A stretch of 64,000 bases of DNA from Bacteroidota bacterium. GTDB lineage: Bacteria > Bacteroidota > Bacteroidia > 2-12-FULL-35-15. Shown piece by piece: positions 19,719-28,477 of the stretch (position 1 is its first letter; every line of letters starts with the position of its first letter). The position numbers were made by a program, and so were the translations under genes. The notes beneath the pieces were generated by a model. The model did not search any database. It worked only from the letters and a program-made list of their open reading frames with translations, and was not told the origin of the DNA. The stretch covers positions 8,201-72,200 of the forward strand of contig JBAXQU010000003.1 of NCBI GenBank assembly GCA_037131555.1. Reading direction: 5' to 3'.

Positions 19719-19761
19719 ATACATATATATAAGGTGTGTTTGGGGGGGATTTAAAAAGGTG
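19719..19761 (+). repeat. Conserved box ATACATATATATA-AGGTGTG-N-GGATTTAAAA-GGTG
   Basis: The exact 13-mer ATACATATATATA is shared with 31352-31371 (minus) and 41661-41680 (minus). The GGATTTAAAA..GGTG extension is shared with 31328-31344 (minus). Confidence 0.6.
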
Positions 19762-19932
19762 CGTTAATCTGTAAACAAAAGTGCGTTAATTATTTGGGTA
19801 AATGATATTGAATATTTTAGTAAATTTGTAAGTGCATATATTTATATGTTATGCGTCATTGTGAGAAACGTGCTAACGAAACATTAACGTAATGAAAGGA
19901 ACTTATAGAAACAATTAAAAAACAGAAAGATT

Positions 19933-20442
19933 ATGAAGACAAGAAAAATTATTTTGACTATTTCAATTGCATTATCATTTCATTTATCATCTAATGCACA
20001 AGGTAAAAGAAACGAGCTACCTTTTGATACTGTAAAAAACAAAGTGGCTTGGGTTGGAGAAATTGCAATTAACGGAGGAATATCAAAAAAGGAAGCAATG
20101 ATAAATATAGTTCAATGGGCGTATAAAAATTCATTTAAAATTGAAACGGAAAATGATGAAGCTGGTATTCTTGTATTAGTTGCTTCTATTATGTATGGTA
20201 ATCACAAGGTTGTTGAAAGCAGTGAAAAATTACGCAAAGCACCATTTAAAATATTTTTCGTTTTTAGTGATAAGTCTATCTCTTATAGAATTACAGATAT
20301 GTCTGTAAGTAAGTACCCAATAGAAATTAGATATGAATATTATAAGAAACGTCCTGCAATGGGTTATCATTATGCCTTTATAGACATTAATAAAAGAATT
20401 AATGAACTTATCGTTGATTTTACCAAAGTTAATAACAAGTAA
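19933..20442 (+). CDS. Secreted hypothetical protein, possibly DUF4468-like
   Basis: Signal peptide (MKTRKIILTISIALSFHLSSNAQ). Size and pattern (V.W.GEI...ISKKEA...W) resemble the DUF4468 family. This is a weak call. Confidence 0.4.
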   Translation: MKTRKIILTISIALSFHLSSNAQGKRNELPFDTVKNKVAWVGEIAINGGISKKEAMINIVQWAYKNSFKIETENDEAGILVLVASIMYGNHKVVESSEKLRKAPFKIFFVFSDKSISYRITDMSVSKYPIEIRYEYYKKRPAMGYHYAFIDINKRINELIVDFTKVNNK

Positions 20443-20491
20443 TATTATGACAAATAAACCATATGTAAACGTATTTAACTAATTACAATTA

Positions 20492-21316
20492 ATGAAAAAA
20501 TCAGATTCTATATTAAAAATTCTAACAGAAGTTGAAAGCCTATACAAGATTTTAACATTCCCTGAAAATGACATTAGGCGTGATTTTCACGGGATGGTAT
20601 TAAGTGCACTTCAAAGTTTTTATTGTGGATATATTGCTTCCGAATTGTCTCAAAAAATAGCAGACGGTAAAGTTGCTTTCGATGATGAATTGATAGAAAA
20701 TAAAACTCATATTGATAAGCTTTTAAAAACATATGAAAAATCTGACGGAACAATCTACTCCATAAACAGACACCTAATTCTTACGTGTTGGACTTCCTTT
20801 GAAGTGTCCTTAACAACATTAAGTGAGGCTCTTTTGCCTGATACTGAAAAGGAAAGTTTAAGTTTAAACGAATATGTTACAGCTTGTAAAATTCTAAAAG
20901 GTGAAAAAATAAAAGATGAAACTTTGCAGAAATTAAAAGACACTTTTTCCAAAAAGCATCTTACACATATAGAAGTCTGGAGAAAATTTAATGCTTTGGT
21001 TAAGAATGCTGAAAAGGCAGGAAAGACATATAGTCGGGTAAGACAAGACGACATTCTATTTCTTCAAATGTACGGAACTATGAGAAACTCTTTGATGCAT
21101 TCTAATGGAATTTATTTTGGAAGGTATATTAAATATCTATTCAATGATTATGAAATTGAATTTCAAAACGGAAAGACTTTTGGATATAAACCAGCAGAGG
21201 AATTACCTAAATTTTATACTGACCTAATGTATCACTTATCTAACATATATTTAGCTTTGACTGACCTATATTATGAAATAGATTTCATTAGTTATCCAGA
21301 CACCGAAACAATATAA
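20492..21316 (+). CDS. Hypothetical protein with a C-terminal HEPN-like Rx4H motif (candidate RNase or abortive-infection-type protein)
   Basis: 274 aa, predicted cytoplasmic and alpha-helical. GTMRNSLMHSNG fits the RNxxxH HEPN signature. No adjacent partner gene. Confidence 0.4.
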   Translation: MKKSDSILKILTEVESLYKILTFPENDIRRDFHGMVLSALQSFYCGYIASELSQKIADGKVAFDDELIENKTHIDKLLKTYEKSDGTIYSINRHLILTCWTSFEVSLTTLSEALLPDTEKESLSLNEYVTACKILKGEKIKDETLQKLKDTFSKKHLTHIEVWRKFNALVKNAEKAGKTYSRVRQDDILFLQMYGTMRNSLMHSNGIYFGRYIKYLFNDYEIEFQNGKTFGYKPAEELPKFYTDLMYHLSNIYLALTDLYYEIDFISYPDTETI

Positions 21317-21348
21317 ACGTGAAAAGAACTAACCCGAAAAAAACAACG

Positions 21349-21371
21349 AACGGCTAACATAAGTAGCCGTT
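21349..21371 (+). terminator. Hairpin downstream of the HEPN-like ORF (weak terminator candidate)
   Basis: aacggcta-acataag-tagccgtt forms an 8-bp stem. The T-run (ctcttttt) starts only about 10 nt later. Confidence 0.3.
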
Positions 21372-21434
21372 GCACAACCCTCTTTTTAATACAAAAATAA
21401 AGCAGAAACCCAAAAAATCGACTTCAATAGATGC

Positions 21435-21463
21435 GTTTTAAGAGAGGATGGGATTTTGGGGAT
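21435..21463 (+). repeat. Right copy of the imperfect direct repeat (GTTTTAAGAGAGGATGGGATTTTGGGGAT)
   Basis: See 18925-18951. Confidence 0.6.
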
Positions 21464-21484
21464 GGAATGTGCTCTGCAAAATTG

Positions 21485-21551
21485 CCATCGCCCCCGCTGG
21501 CGCAGGCGTGTTTCGCCTGTGCCGCATAGTAGGTGGTGTCCTCACCACCAC
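21485..21551 (+). other. GC-rich twin-hairpin element of unknown function (possible small structured RNA or REP-like element)
   Basis: 45 of 67 nt are G or C by my count, in an AT-rich context. Hairpin 1 pairs 21499-21508 with 21514-21523 (10 bp); its single G-U pair is valid only in a plus-strand transcript. Hairpin 2 pairs 21532-21538 with 21543-21549 (7 bp, perfect). Confidence 0.3.
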
Positions 21552-21654
21552 ATCTAGCACTTAAAAAAAAGCAAGCCAAAAGAGCAGAAGTACATGAGTA
21601 GTAAAAAGCGAAAAATGTAGCTTCCCGCTATGCTTACAGAGATTTGGAAGAAGG

Positions 21655-22542
21655 CTAATAGTGTGCAATCAGTTGCTCCAGTTTTTTTCTAGTTTCAGCG
21701 TTAATAGGCATCAATGGCAAGCGTACGTATGCTTTGCAAAGGTCAAGGATTTCGAGAGCAGCTTTTATTCCTCCCGGATTTCCATCAGCAAATAATTGTT
21801 CGGTAATGTCGGTAAGTTTATAATGCAGTGTTCGCGCTTTAGGCAAGTTGCCTGCCAATGTTTGCCTTACCATTTCCGAAAAGTCTTTCGGAAAAGCATT
21901 CGCCACCACCGATATTACACCCTCGGCACCACAAGCTATCATAGGCAATGTAAGTGAGTCATCGCCCGAGATCACCTTAAAGGATGAAGGTTTGTTTTTA
22001 ATAATTTTCATGGCCTGTTCCAAATTTCCAGAAGCCTCCTTTATACCAATAATGTTCTTGAACTCTCGCGCAAGCCTCAAGGTGGTCTCAGCACTTATGT
22101 TCGAACCCGTTCTCCCTGGCACGTTGTATAAAATGATGGGCAACCGCGATACCTTTGCCAAGGCCTTGTAATGTTGGTAAATCCCCTCTTGGTTTGGTTT
22201 GTTGTAATACGGAGAAACCGATAATAGTGCGTCAATCCCTTTGAAATCGGAAGGATGATTCATCGCATTGATAATTTCTTGCGTATTGTTTCCACCCAGT
22301 CCCATCACTATAGGCACACGTTTATTCACCGTTTGAACAACCAGCGAAACCACAAGTTGTTTTTCTTCTTTCGTAAGCGTCACCGATTCGCCTGTTGTTC
22401 CAAGCACTACAATGTACTCAGCACCACCTTCGATGATGTGATTAACAATTCTCACAATCGATTTTTTGTCAATCGATTTATCTTTCTTGAAAGGCGTTAC
22501 AAGCGCTACACCTGTTCCTGTAAATTTCGAATTCGTATGCAT
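21655..22542 (-). CDS. dapA: 4-hydroxy-tetrahydrodipicolinate synthase
   Basis: 295 aa with GVALVTPF, GTTGES, and the YNVPGRTG context typical of DapA. Confidence 0.95.
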   Translation of the reverse strand: MHTNSKFTGTGVALVTPFKKDKSIDKKSIVRIVNHIIEGGAEYIVVLGTTGESVTLTKEEKQLVVSLVVQTVNKRVPIVMGLGGNNTQEIINAMNHPSDFKGIDALLSVSPYYNKPNQEGIYQHYKALAKVSRLPIILYNVPGRTGSNISAETTLRLAREFKNIIGIKEASGNLEQAMKIIKNKPSSFKVISGDDSLTLPMIACGAEGVISVVANAFPKDFSEMVRQTLAGNLPKARTLHYKLTDITEQLFADGNPGGIKAALEILDLCKAYVRLPLMPINAETRKKLEQLIAHY

Positions 22543-22605
22543 ATTATGAAAATTAAGGAAACAAAGGTAAGGTGGAATTTAAGATTCTCGACATGAATTC
22601 TTTTT

Positions 22606-22613
22606 TACCTTTG
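22606..22613 (+). promoter_or_regulatory. Candidate -7 box (TACCTTTG) only 4 nt upstream of the ispE ATG
   Basis: Exact TAnnTTTG match. The spacing implies a leaderless or near-leaderless mRNA. Confidence 0.35.
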
Positions 22614-22617
22614 CCTC

Positions 22618-23442
22618 ATGCTCACATTTCCAAACGCAAAAATAAATTTAGGACTCAACATCATCCGTAAACGACCAGATGGTTATCATGATTTGCAGTC
22701 GGTGTTTTATCCAATTGGGCTTCGCGATGCGCTTGAAGTGATTGAAAACACAAGTAAAACAACAGAACGAATACAATTTACAACTTCGGGAATAGCGATA
22801 CCCGGAGAAATAAAATACAACCTTTGTTGGTTTGCCTATCATTTAATCGCCAATGATTATAAGCTACCTAATGTTAAAGTTCATCTTCATAAACAAATCC
22901 CAATAGGAGCAGGGCTTGGTGGAGGTTCGGCCGATGCAGCCTTTTTTATTCGATTACTCAATGATACATTTGAGCTTGGTTTGTCGTGGGGAGAAATGCA
23001 TCATTATGCCCGTCAACTGGGTAGCGATTGTTCCTTTTTTATTACCAATCGCCCTGCTTATGCACAAGCCAAAGGTGATGAATACGAAACCATCCATTTG
23101 GATTTGTCCAACTATTTCATCGCATTAGTTTATCCTCCCATTCATATCAATACAGCAAAAGCGTATAGCGGAGTGGTGCCAATGATGCCTACTCATCCAT
23201 TAGAACACGACATTGTCAATTTGCCAATAACCAAATGGAAGGATAGAATTAATAATGATTTCGAGAAATCGATATTTCCGCAATTTCAAACCATCAAAAC
23301 AATTAAGGATAAATTGTACCGACTCGGTGCTGTGTATGCATCAATGAGTGGAAGCGGTTCATCGGTGTATGGAATATTCAAATCCGAAACGAATTTGAAA
23401 TCAGAATTCAAAAACTATTTTCTGTGGGAAGGTAAGCTCTGA
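22618..23442 (+). CDS. ispE: 4-(cytidine 5'-diphospho)-2-C-methyl-D-erythritol kinase
   Basis: N-terminus AKINLGLNIIRKRPDGYHDL, the GHMP kinase motif PIGAGLGGGSADAA, and MSGSGSS. Confidence 0.95.
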   Translation: MLTFPNAKINLGLNIIRKRPDGYHDLQSVFYPIGLRDALEVIENTSKTTERIQFTTSGIAIPGEIKYNLCWFAYHLIANDYKLPNVKVHLHKQIPIGAGLGGGSADAAFFIRLLNDTFELGLSWGEMHHYARQLGSDCSFFITNRPAYAQAKGDEYETIHLDLSNYFIALVYPPIHINTAKAYSGVVPMMPTHPLEHDIVNLPITKWKDRINNDFEKSIFPQFQTIKTIKDKLYRLGAVYASMSGSGSSVYGIFKSETNLKSEFKNYFLWEGKL

Positions 23443-23460
23443 TAAAGACGTTGGCCGAAA

Positions 23461-25089
23461 TTACCAAGTAAAAATGTCCATCACTTTCAATGGCCTATCT
23501 TGTTCTCTCCAAGTAAAATCTTTTAACTTTAATTCTTTCACATCTATTTGTTCCAGCGGATAAAGCGTAGCATCGGGTTTGGTAATGAATACAAGATTCT
23601 TAATTTTATTGTTTTTCAAATATACATTTAAATCACTGCAGTCGGCTCTATTCACCGCTTTTATCACATCTTTATCTTTTACATAATAGATGGTTTGCCC
23701 GTTTCCTTCAACATGCACTAGATAAAGTGTATCGTTCTTAAAATATCCTTTCATCTCCTTTCCCCTAATTTGATTGAATCGTAAGCTATCTTCTTTTGAA
23801 ACAATAAAACTATTTCCTTTTAGATACATTGATTTTATTGACTTTTTCCCGATAATAAAATTCATACTATCAGCAGTCAATTGATTCTCTTCCGACCATA
23901 GGGTAGGAGTGCCAAACAATCGCATGGTTGAATCGGAAAGTTTATAAGCCAACGAATCACACTTGCCTTGTAAATCTTTTTTAAAGAACTTTACTCTATG
24001 GTAAGCAAACAACGTTTGATTGTTTTTAGAAGAATCTGTAGCAACTTGCTTGTCAGATTTTGGTGCGCTAATCTCTTTCTTTCCTTTCAGATTGGTTTGT
24101 TTTATAGCATTGCTTCTTGCACTGTCTTTTGCCCCAATCGCCTTAAGTGTATCAGCGTGTACATACAAGGTGTCCTTATCAAAACGTTGAGTTAATATAG
24201 CATGGCCAGTAACTATGGAAGTATTCGAAAATTCATCGTGAATGGCATAGTCACCATTAATGTCAATTTTATGAACCGTGTCGATTACGTTCACATTTTT
24301 TACCGCACGACCTATTCCTTTTTTTCGATTGTAGTATAAACTGTCGCCATACATTTTTTGTTCCTTAGTAAGGATGTAAGCATTTTTCGAAAATCGAGAT
24401 AAGTCTTTTTGAGTATCGTACCATCCATCTTCGCAATAAATTAAATTCTCCTTGCTTTTAATGGTCGAAGGTCCTAGGAAATAAGTGATTTTTGAAGTAG
24501 TGTTATAGCGCATGGTATCGCTGTTCATCACAAACTGAGGGTTGGTAAGTACAACATTCTTTTTAAAAGTCAATTCGTTTTTCTTCGCAAAGTAATAACC
24601 TTGATCGCTTGTCAATACATTCTCTTTATTGATAATTCTTGCAGGAGTGCTGTAAGATCCAACGCTTGTTCCCATATCGTAATTCAATACTTCGGTAGTA
24701 AGGTGCATATCACCTTTATCCACCACCACATTTTTTGAAATCACTGCTTTCTTAGAATTACCATCATAATTCAGCAACTCTCCGAACATATTAATACTGT
24801 CGTTTTGGTTGATATGCACATGCCCGAATGCATCGAGTGAATTGTTTTCATAAAAATAAGCACTATCACAAAACATGTGTGTGTTCTCTTGTTTGAATTC
24901 AACATCTCCAATTAAGCGTTTCGCCCCATTGCCGAGGTTTTTATCAAACTTCAGAGAGCCTGCATGAACAATTTCTACTTGTTTCTGAGAGAAAGAAGTG
25001 CATGGATGGAGGAGGAGAATGCAAAAAGCAAAAAACAAAAATGAGTATGCGTTTGTGCATCTCTCCATTTTATTTTTTGCTTTTTTCAT
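23461..25089 (-). CDS. OstA/LptA-like repeat protein (periplasmic)
   Basis: 542 aa with a signal peptide and repeated OstA-like beta-jellyroll segments. This type of gene commonly sits near purA and ispE in Bacteroidota. Confidence 0.55.
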   Translation of the reverse strand: MKKAKNKMERCTNAYSFLFFAFCILLLHPCTSFSQKQVEIVHAGSLKFDKNLGNGAKRLIGDVEFKQENTHMFCDSAYFYENNSLDAFGHVHINQNDSINMFGELLNYDGNSKKAVISKNVVVDKGDMHLTTEVLNYDMGTSVGSYSTPARIINKENVLTSDQGYYFAKKNELTFKKNVVLTNPQFVMNSDTMRYNTTSKITYFLGPSTIKSKENLIYCEDGWYDTQKDLSRFSKNAYILTKEQKMYGDSLYYNRKKGIGRAVKNVNVIDTVHKIDINGDYAIHDEFSNTSIVTGHAILTQRFDKDTLYVHADTLKAIGAKDSARSNAIKQTNLKGKKEISAPKSDKQVATDSSKNNQTLFAYHRVKFFKKDLQGKCDSLAYKLSDSTMRLFGTPTLWSEENQLTADSMNFIIGKKSIKSMYLKGNSFIVSKEDSLRFNQIRGKEMKGYFKNDTLYLVHVEGNGQTIYYVKDKDVIKAVNRADCSDLNVYLKNNKIKNLVFITKPDATLYPLEQIDVKELKLKDFTWREQDRPLKVMDIFTW

Positions 25090-25124
25090 CCGTATTGATA
25101 TAGGTTTTTGCCTTGTGGCAATGT

Positions 25125-26405
25125 TTATACCAATTCTTTTTTACGAATTAATGTTTGAGTTCGGTCTGGTCCAACAGAGACGATGGAAATAGGTACACCT
25201 GTTTCTTTTTCGATAAAAGAGATGTAGTCATTTAATTCTTGTGGCATCTGTTCTGGATTATTCAATGCCGTTAAATCTTTGTTCCATCCTTTCAATTCCT
25301 TGTAAACAGGCGAAAGCAATTCGGGAGAATAATCATAAGGTAAATAATCAATTTGCTTGCCTTGATAATTATAATGAGTACATACTTTGATTGTTGCAAA
25401 TCCACTAAGGATATCCGCTTTCATCATCATCAATTCCGTTACCCCATTAATCATCACGGCATATCTAAGGGCAGGTAAATCTAACCACCCAGTTCTTCTT
25501 GCGCGACCAGTGGTCGAGCCAAATTCGTTACCTGTTTTTCTAATTTGTTCTCCTACTTCGTCTTCCAATTCAGTTGGAAAGGGTCCACTGCCAACACGTG
25601 TGCAATACGCTTTGAAAATTCCGATAACATTACCAATTTTGTTTGGTGCAATTCCTAATCCTGTGCAAGCACCAGCACAGATGGTATTGGAAGAAGTGAC
25701 AAATGGATAAGAACCAAAATCAATATCAAGTAATGAACCTTGAGCTCCTTCTGCAAGAATTGCTTTGTTGTTTTTTAATGCATTGTTTATGTAGTGTTCG
25801 CTTTCTATTCGTTCCAAACTTTTTAATACTTCTATTCCTTCAAACCAAGCTGGTTCGAACTCGGCAATGTTATATTCATAGTTGTAGAATGTTAAAAGTT
25901 GTTTGTGTTTTTCAACTAAGGCGTCATACTTTGCTTTAAAGTTAAGACTGTCGATATCGCCCACACGTAAACCATTTCTGCCAGTTTTGTCCATGTAAGT
26001 GGGACCTATTCCCTTAAGAGTAGAGCCTATTTTTTCTTTCCCTTTCGAAGCTTCGGATGCAGCATCTAATAAGCGATGGGTAGGTAATATCAAGTGTGCT
26101 CGTTTTGACAAGACTAATTTCGACTTCACATCAACTCCAAGTTTTACAAGCGAATCAATTTCTTTTTTGAAGATGACGGGGTCTATTACAACACCATTCC
26201 CTACTATGTTTACAGCTGTTTTGTGAAATATACCTGACGGTATGGTGTGCAAAACATGTTTTATTCCATTAAACTCTAGAGTGTGTCCAGCATTTGGGCC
26301 TCCTTGAAAACGACCAATAATGTCGTACTTCGGAGTTAATACATCTACAATTTTTCCTTTCCCTTCATCTCCCCACTGAAGACCTAGCAATACATCTACT
26401 TTCAT
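25125..26405 (-). CDS. purA: Adenylosuccinate synthase
   Basis: Motifs GLQWGDEGKGKIVD, GPNAGHT and GTTGRGIGP-like. Confidence 0.95.
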   Translation of the reverse strand: MKVDVLLGLQWGDEGKGKIVDVLTPKYDIIGRFQGGPNAGHTLEFNGIKHVLHTIPSGIFHKTAVNIVGNGVVIDPVIFKKEIDSLVKLGVDVKSKLVLSKRAHLILPTHRLLDAASEASKGKEKIGSTLKGIGPTYMDKTGRNGLRVGDIDSLNFKAKYDALVEKHKQLLTFYNYEYNIAEFEPAWFEGIEVLKSLERIESEHYINNALKNNKAILAEGAQGSLLDIDFGSYPFVTSSNTICAGACTGLGIAPNKIGNVIGIFKAYCTRVGSGPFPTELEDEVGEQIRKTGNEFGSTTGRARRTGWLDLPALRYAVMINGVTELMMMKADILSGFATIKVCTHYNYQGKQIDYLPYDYSPELLSPVYKELKGWNKDLTALNNPEQMPQELNDYISFIEKETGVPISIVSVGPDRTQTLIRKKELV

Positions 26406-26449
26406 TAATTTTATTGGTTATTTAATTTGTTGGATAACAAATTATCCAT

Positions 26450-26797
26450 TTATTGTGTAAGAAGAATGATACCTTCTTCTATTGTTTTACAAACATTAAA
26501 AATACTATCAAGTTTTGTGATGACAAGTAGTTCCTTGTTTTTTTCATTGACATTTGATATAGCCACATCACCACCTGCTTTTCTTGATTTGGTCAGTACG
26601 TGTATCAATACATTGAGTCCACTACTATTAATATACTTTAAACTTTTCATGTCAAGAAGGATAAGGTTATTCCCACCAGCAATAACTCTATCAATCTCTT
26701 CAAGCATTGGCTTTGGTTGTTCACGGTCAATCAATTCACCAAAAAGATGAAAAACGTAAACATTATCTTGTTTTTCTGATTTGTATTGAAATATCAT
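26450..26797 (-). CDS. STAS domain protein (anti-sigma-factor antagonist-like)
   Basis: 115 aa with a SpoIIAA-like pattern (LDMKSLKYINSSGLNVL). Confidence 0.7.
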   Translation of the reverse strand: MIFQYKSEKQDNVYVFHLFGELIDREQPKPMLEEIDRVIAGGNNLILLDMKSLKYINSSGLNVLIHVLTKSRKAGGDVAISNVNEKNKELLVITKLDSIFNVCKTIEEGIILLTQ

Positions 26798-26799
26798 AA

Positions 26800-27288
26800 T
26801 TATTTATTTTTTTTACTTTTATTTTTATGTTCACATGCTCCTTCGTTTGCAAGTCGATTACATTTACCATAGATGTTGAGCGAATGATTCGTCACCTCAA
26901 ATCCTAAAAATGCACTTGCGGTTTTTTCAATTTGATGAATTCGTGGGTCGCAAAATTCAAAAACTTTTTGACAATCTTCGCAAATTAAATGATCATGTTG
27001 TCTAAATTCGTGAGATTTTTCAAATTGAGCGAGGTTTTTACCAAACTGATGTTTAGTTACCAAATTACAATCAATCAATAATTCAATGGTATTGTAAATC
27101 GTTGCTCGGCTCACACGATATCTCTTCTTTCTCATCTGAATATACAAAGACTCCACGTCAAAATGCCCATCAATAGAATAAATTTCATCCAATACTGAAA
27201 AACGTTCTGGTGTTTTTCGATGCTGATGAACTTTCAGATAATTAATAAAAATTTCCTTTACTGTTTCTTTAGAATCAACAACCGACAT
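26800..27288 (-). CDS. fur: Fur family transcriptional regulator
   Basis: Winged-helix N-terminus, the HDHLICEDC...CDP metal-site motifs, and an extra C-terminal Cys/His tail. Confidence 0.85.
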   Translation of the reverse strand: MSVVDSKETVKEIFINYLKVHQHRKTPERFSVLDEIYSIDGHFDVESLYIQMRKKRYRVSRATIYNTIELLIDCNLVTKHQFGKNLAQFEKSHEFRQHDHLICEDCQKVFEFCDPRIHQIEKTASAFLGFEVTNHSLNIYGKCNRLANEGACEHKNKSKKNK

Positions 27289-27562
27289 TCTTCATAAATT
27301 GATGGATAAAGGTAATAATTATTTTGCTTTCGATATGAGTAAAATTTAATATTCGCTTTTTATTGCACATTTCCCATTCGATACTTTGATAATGGCTTGA
27401 AAATTATTGACGGAATAAGAATATTTATGTAAGACGAATGAAAATAAAAACTATTTTTGCTAAACGAAACTTCAAGTGGAAACAGAAGTTAAAAAATAGC
27501 TACTCTCCAAGTAAAGTAAGTTATCAAACGTCTATCTGTAGCCATTTTTAAATATTACAACT

Positions 27563-28477
27563 GTGGTAAAATATTATTTGCTTTTTAGTTTTTTTCTTAT
27601 CCTCTTTATCTTGGTTATTCCTGCAAGTGCTCAAAATAGAAGTAAAGAATACAATGATGGGCACGGGGGGAAACTCACCTTACCAATGGGAGATATTTCA
27701 TTTGCTGATGAAGTGGTAGAGTTTAAAAGAGGAAAACCTCATGCTGTAGAATCGGCTTGTGATTCAACTTTAGCGCTTGGACCTCCCGATTACAAAGGCT
27801 TCGCTGGTGATTTTGTTTCGCTTGGTTGTGGAGGATCACTCACTTTGCTGTTTACGGATAATGCATTGGTTAATATTCCCGGTCCCGATTTATTTGTTTT
27901 TGAAACTGGTAAATATGTAGAGGCTACACAACTTGAAATATCTAAAGATGGCATGAAATGGTTGATGGTGGGTAAAATATCAGGAGGAACTACTACTGTT
28001 GATTTAGGTGATTCAATAAAAGAGGGAGAGGTATTTCATTATGTTCGCCTCACTGATTTGAAGTCTGATTGTAAAGGCGATTGGCCAGGTGCCGATATAG
28101 ATGCTGTGGCGGCCATTGGTTCGGGCGCGCAAATTACTCTTAATAATACTGTTTTGTTTCAAGTGAATGATTATACCTTGGCACCAAATGCAAAAAAAGA
28201 ATTGAACAAAGCAATTGAACAAATTAAACTTCTTCGCCCATCGCAAATAGTTATTGAGGGCAACTCTGATAACACGGGGAATGAAAGCTACAATAAAACA
28301 CTCTCGAAGAGACGTGCACAAGCCGTTGCCGACTACTTTAAGTTATCTGTAAAAGGGTTAGTGATGACCACTCCTATAAAAATTGAAGGATATGGAAGTT
28401 CTCTTCCAATTGCTTCGAATGCAACTAAGTTGGGGCAAGAAAAAAACAGAAGAGTAAATATTATTTTAGTTCCTTAA
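27563..28477 (+). CDS. OmpA family protein with an N-terminal domain of unknown function
   Basis: GTG start followed by a signal peptide. The C-terminal OmpA-like domain carries IEGNSDNTGNESYNKTLSKRRAQAV. Confidence 0.8.
   Translation: MVKYYLLFSFFLILFILVIPASAQNRSKEYNDGHGGKLTLPMGDISFADEVVEFKRGKPHAVESACDSTLALGPPDYKGFAGDFVSLGCGGSLTLLFTDNALVNIPGPDLFVFETGKYVEATQLEISKDGMKWLMVGKISGGTTTVDLGDSIKEGEVFHYVRLTDLKSDCKGDWPGADIDAVAAIGSGAQITLNNTVLFQVNDYTLAPNAKKELNKAIEQIKLLRPSQIVIEGNSDNTGNESYNKTLSKRRAQAVADYFKLSVKGLVMTTPIKIEGYGSSLPIASNATKLGQEKNRRVNIILVP

Noticed and set aside
21485-21551. The GC-rich element as a tRNA, tmRNA or SRP RNA fragment.
   Set aside because: I could not draw a cloverleaf or find a GTTCRANNC T-loop, and I could not find the conserved SRP domain IV or tmRNA tag features. 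It is reported as an unknown structured element instead.
27387-27410. Possible Fur box (TGATAATGGCTTGAAAATTATTGA) in the fur/ompA-family divergent promoter region.
   Set aside because: Only the first GATAATG heptad matches the proteobacterial consensus. Bacteroidota Fur sites are poorly defined, and AT-rich matches like this are expected by chance.
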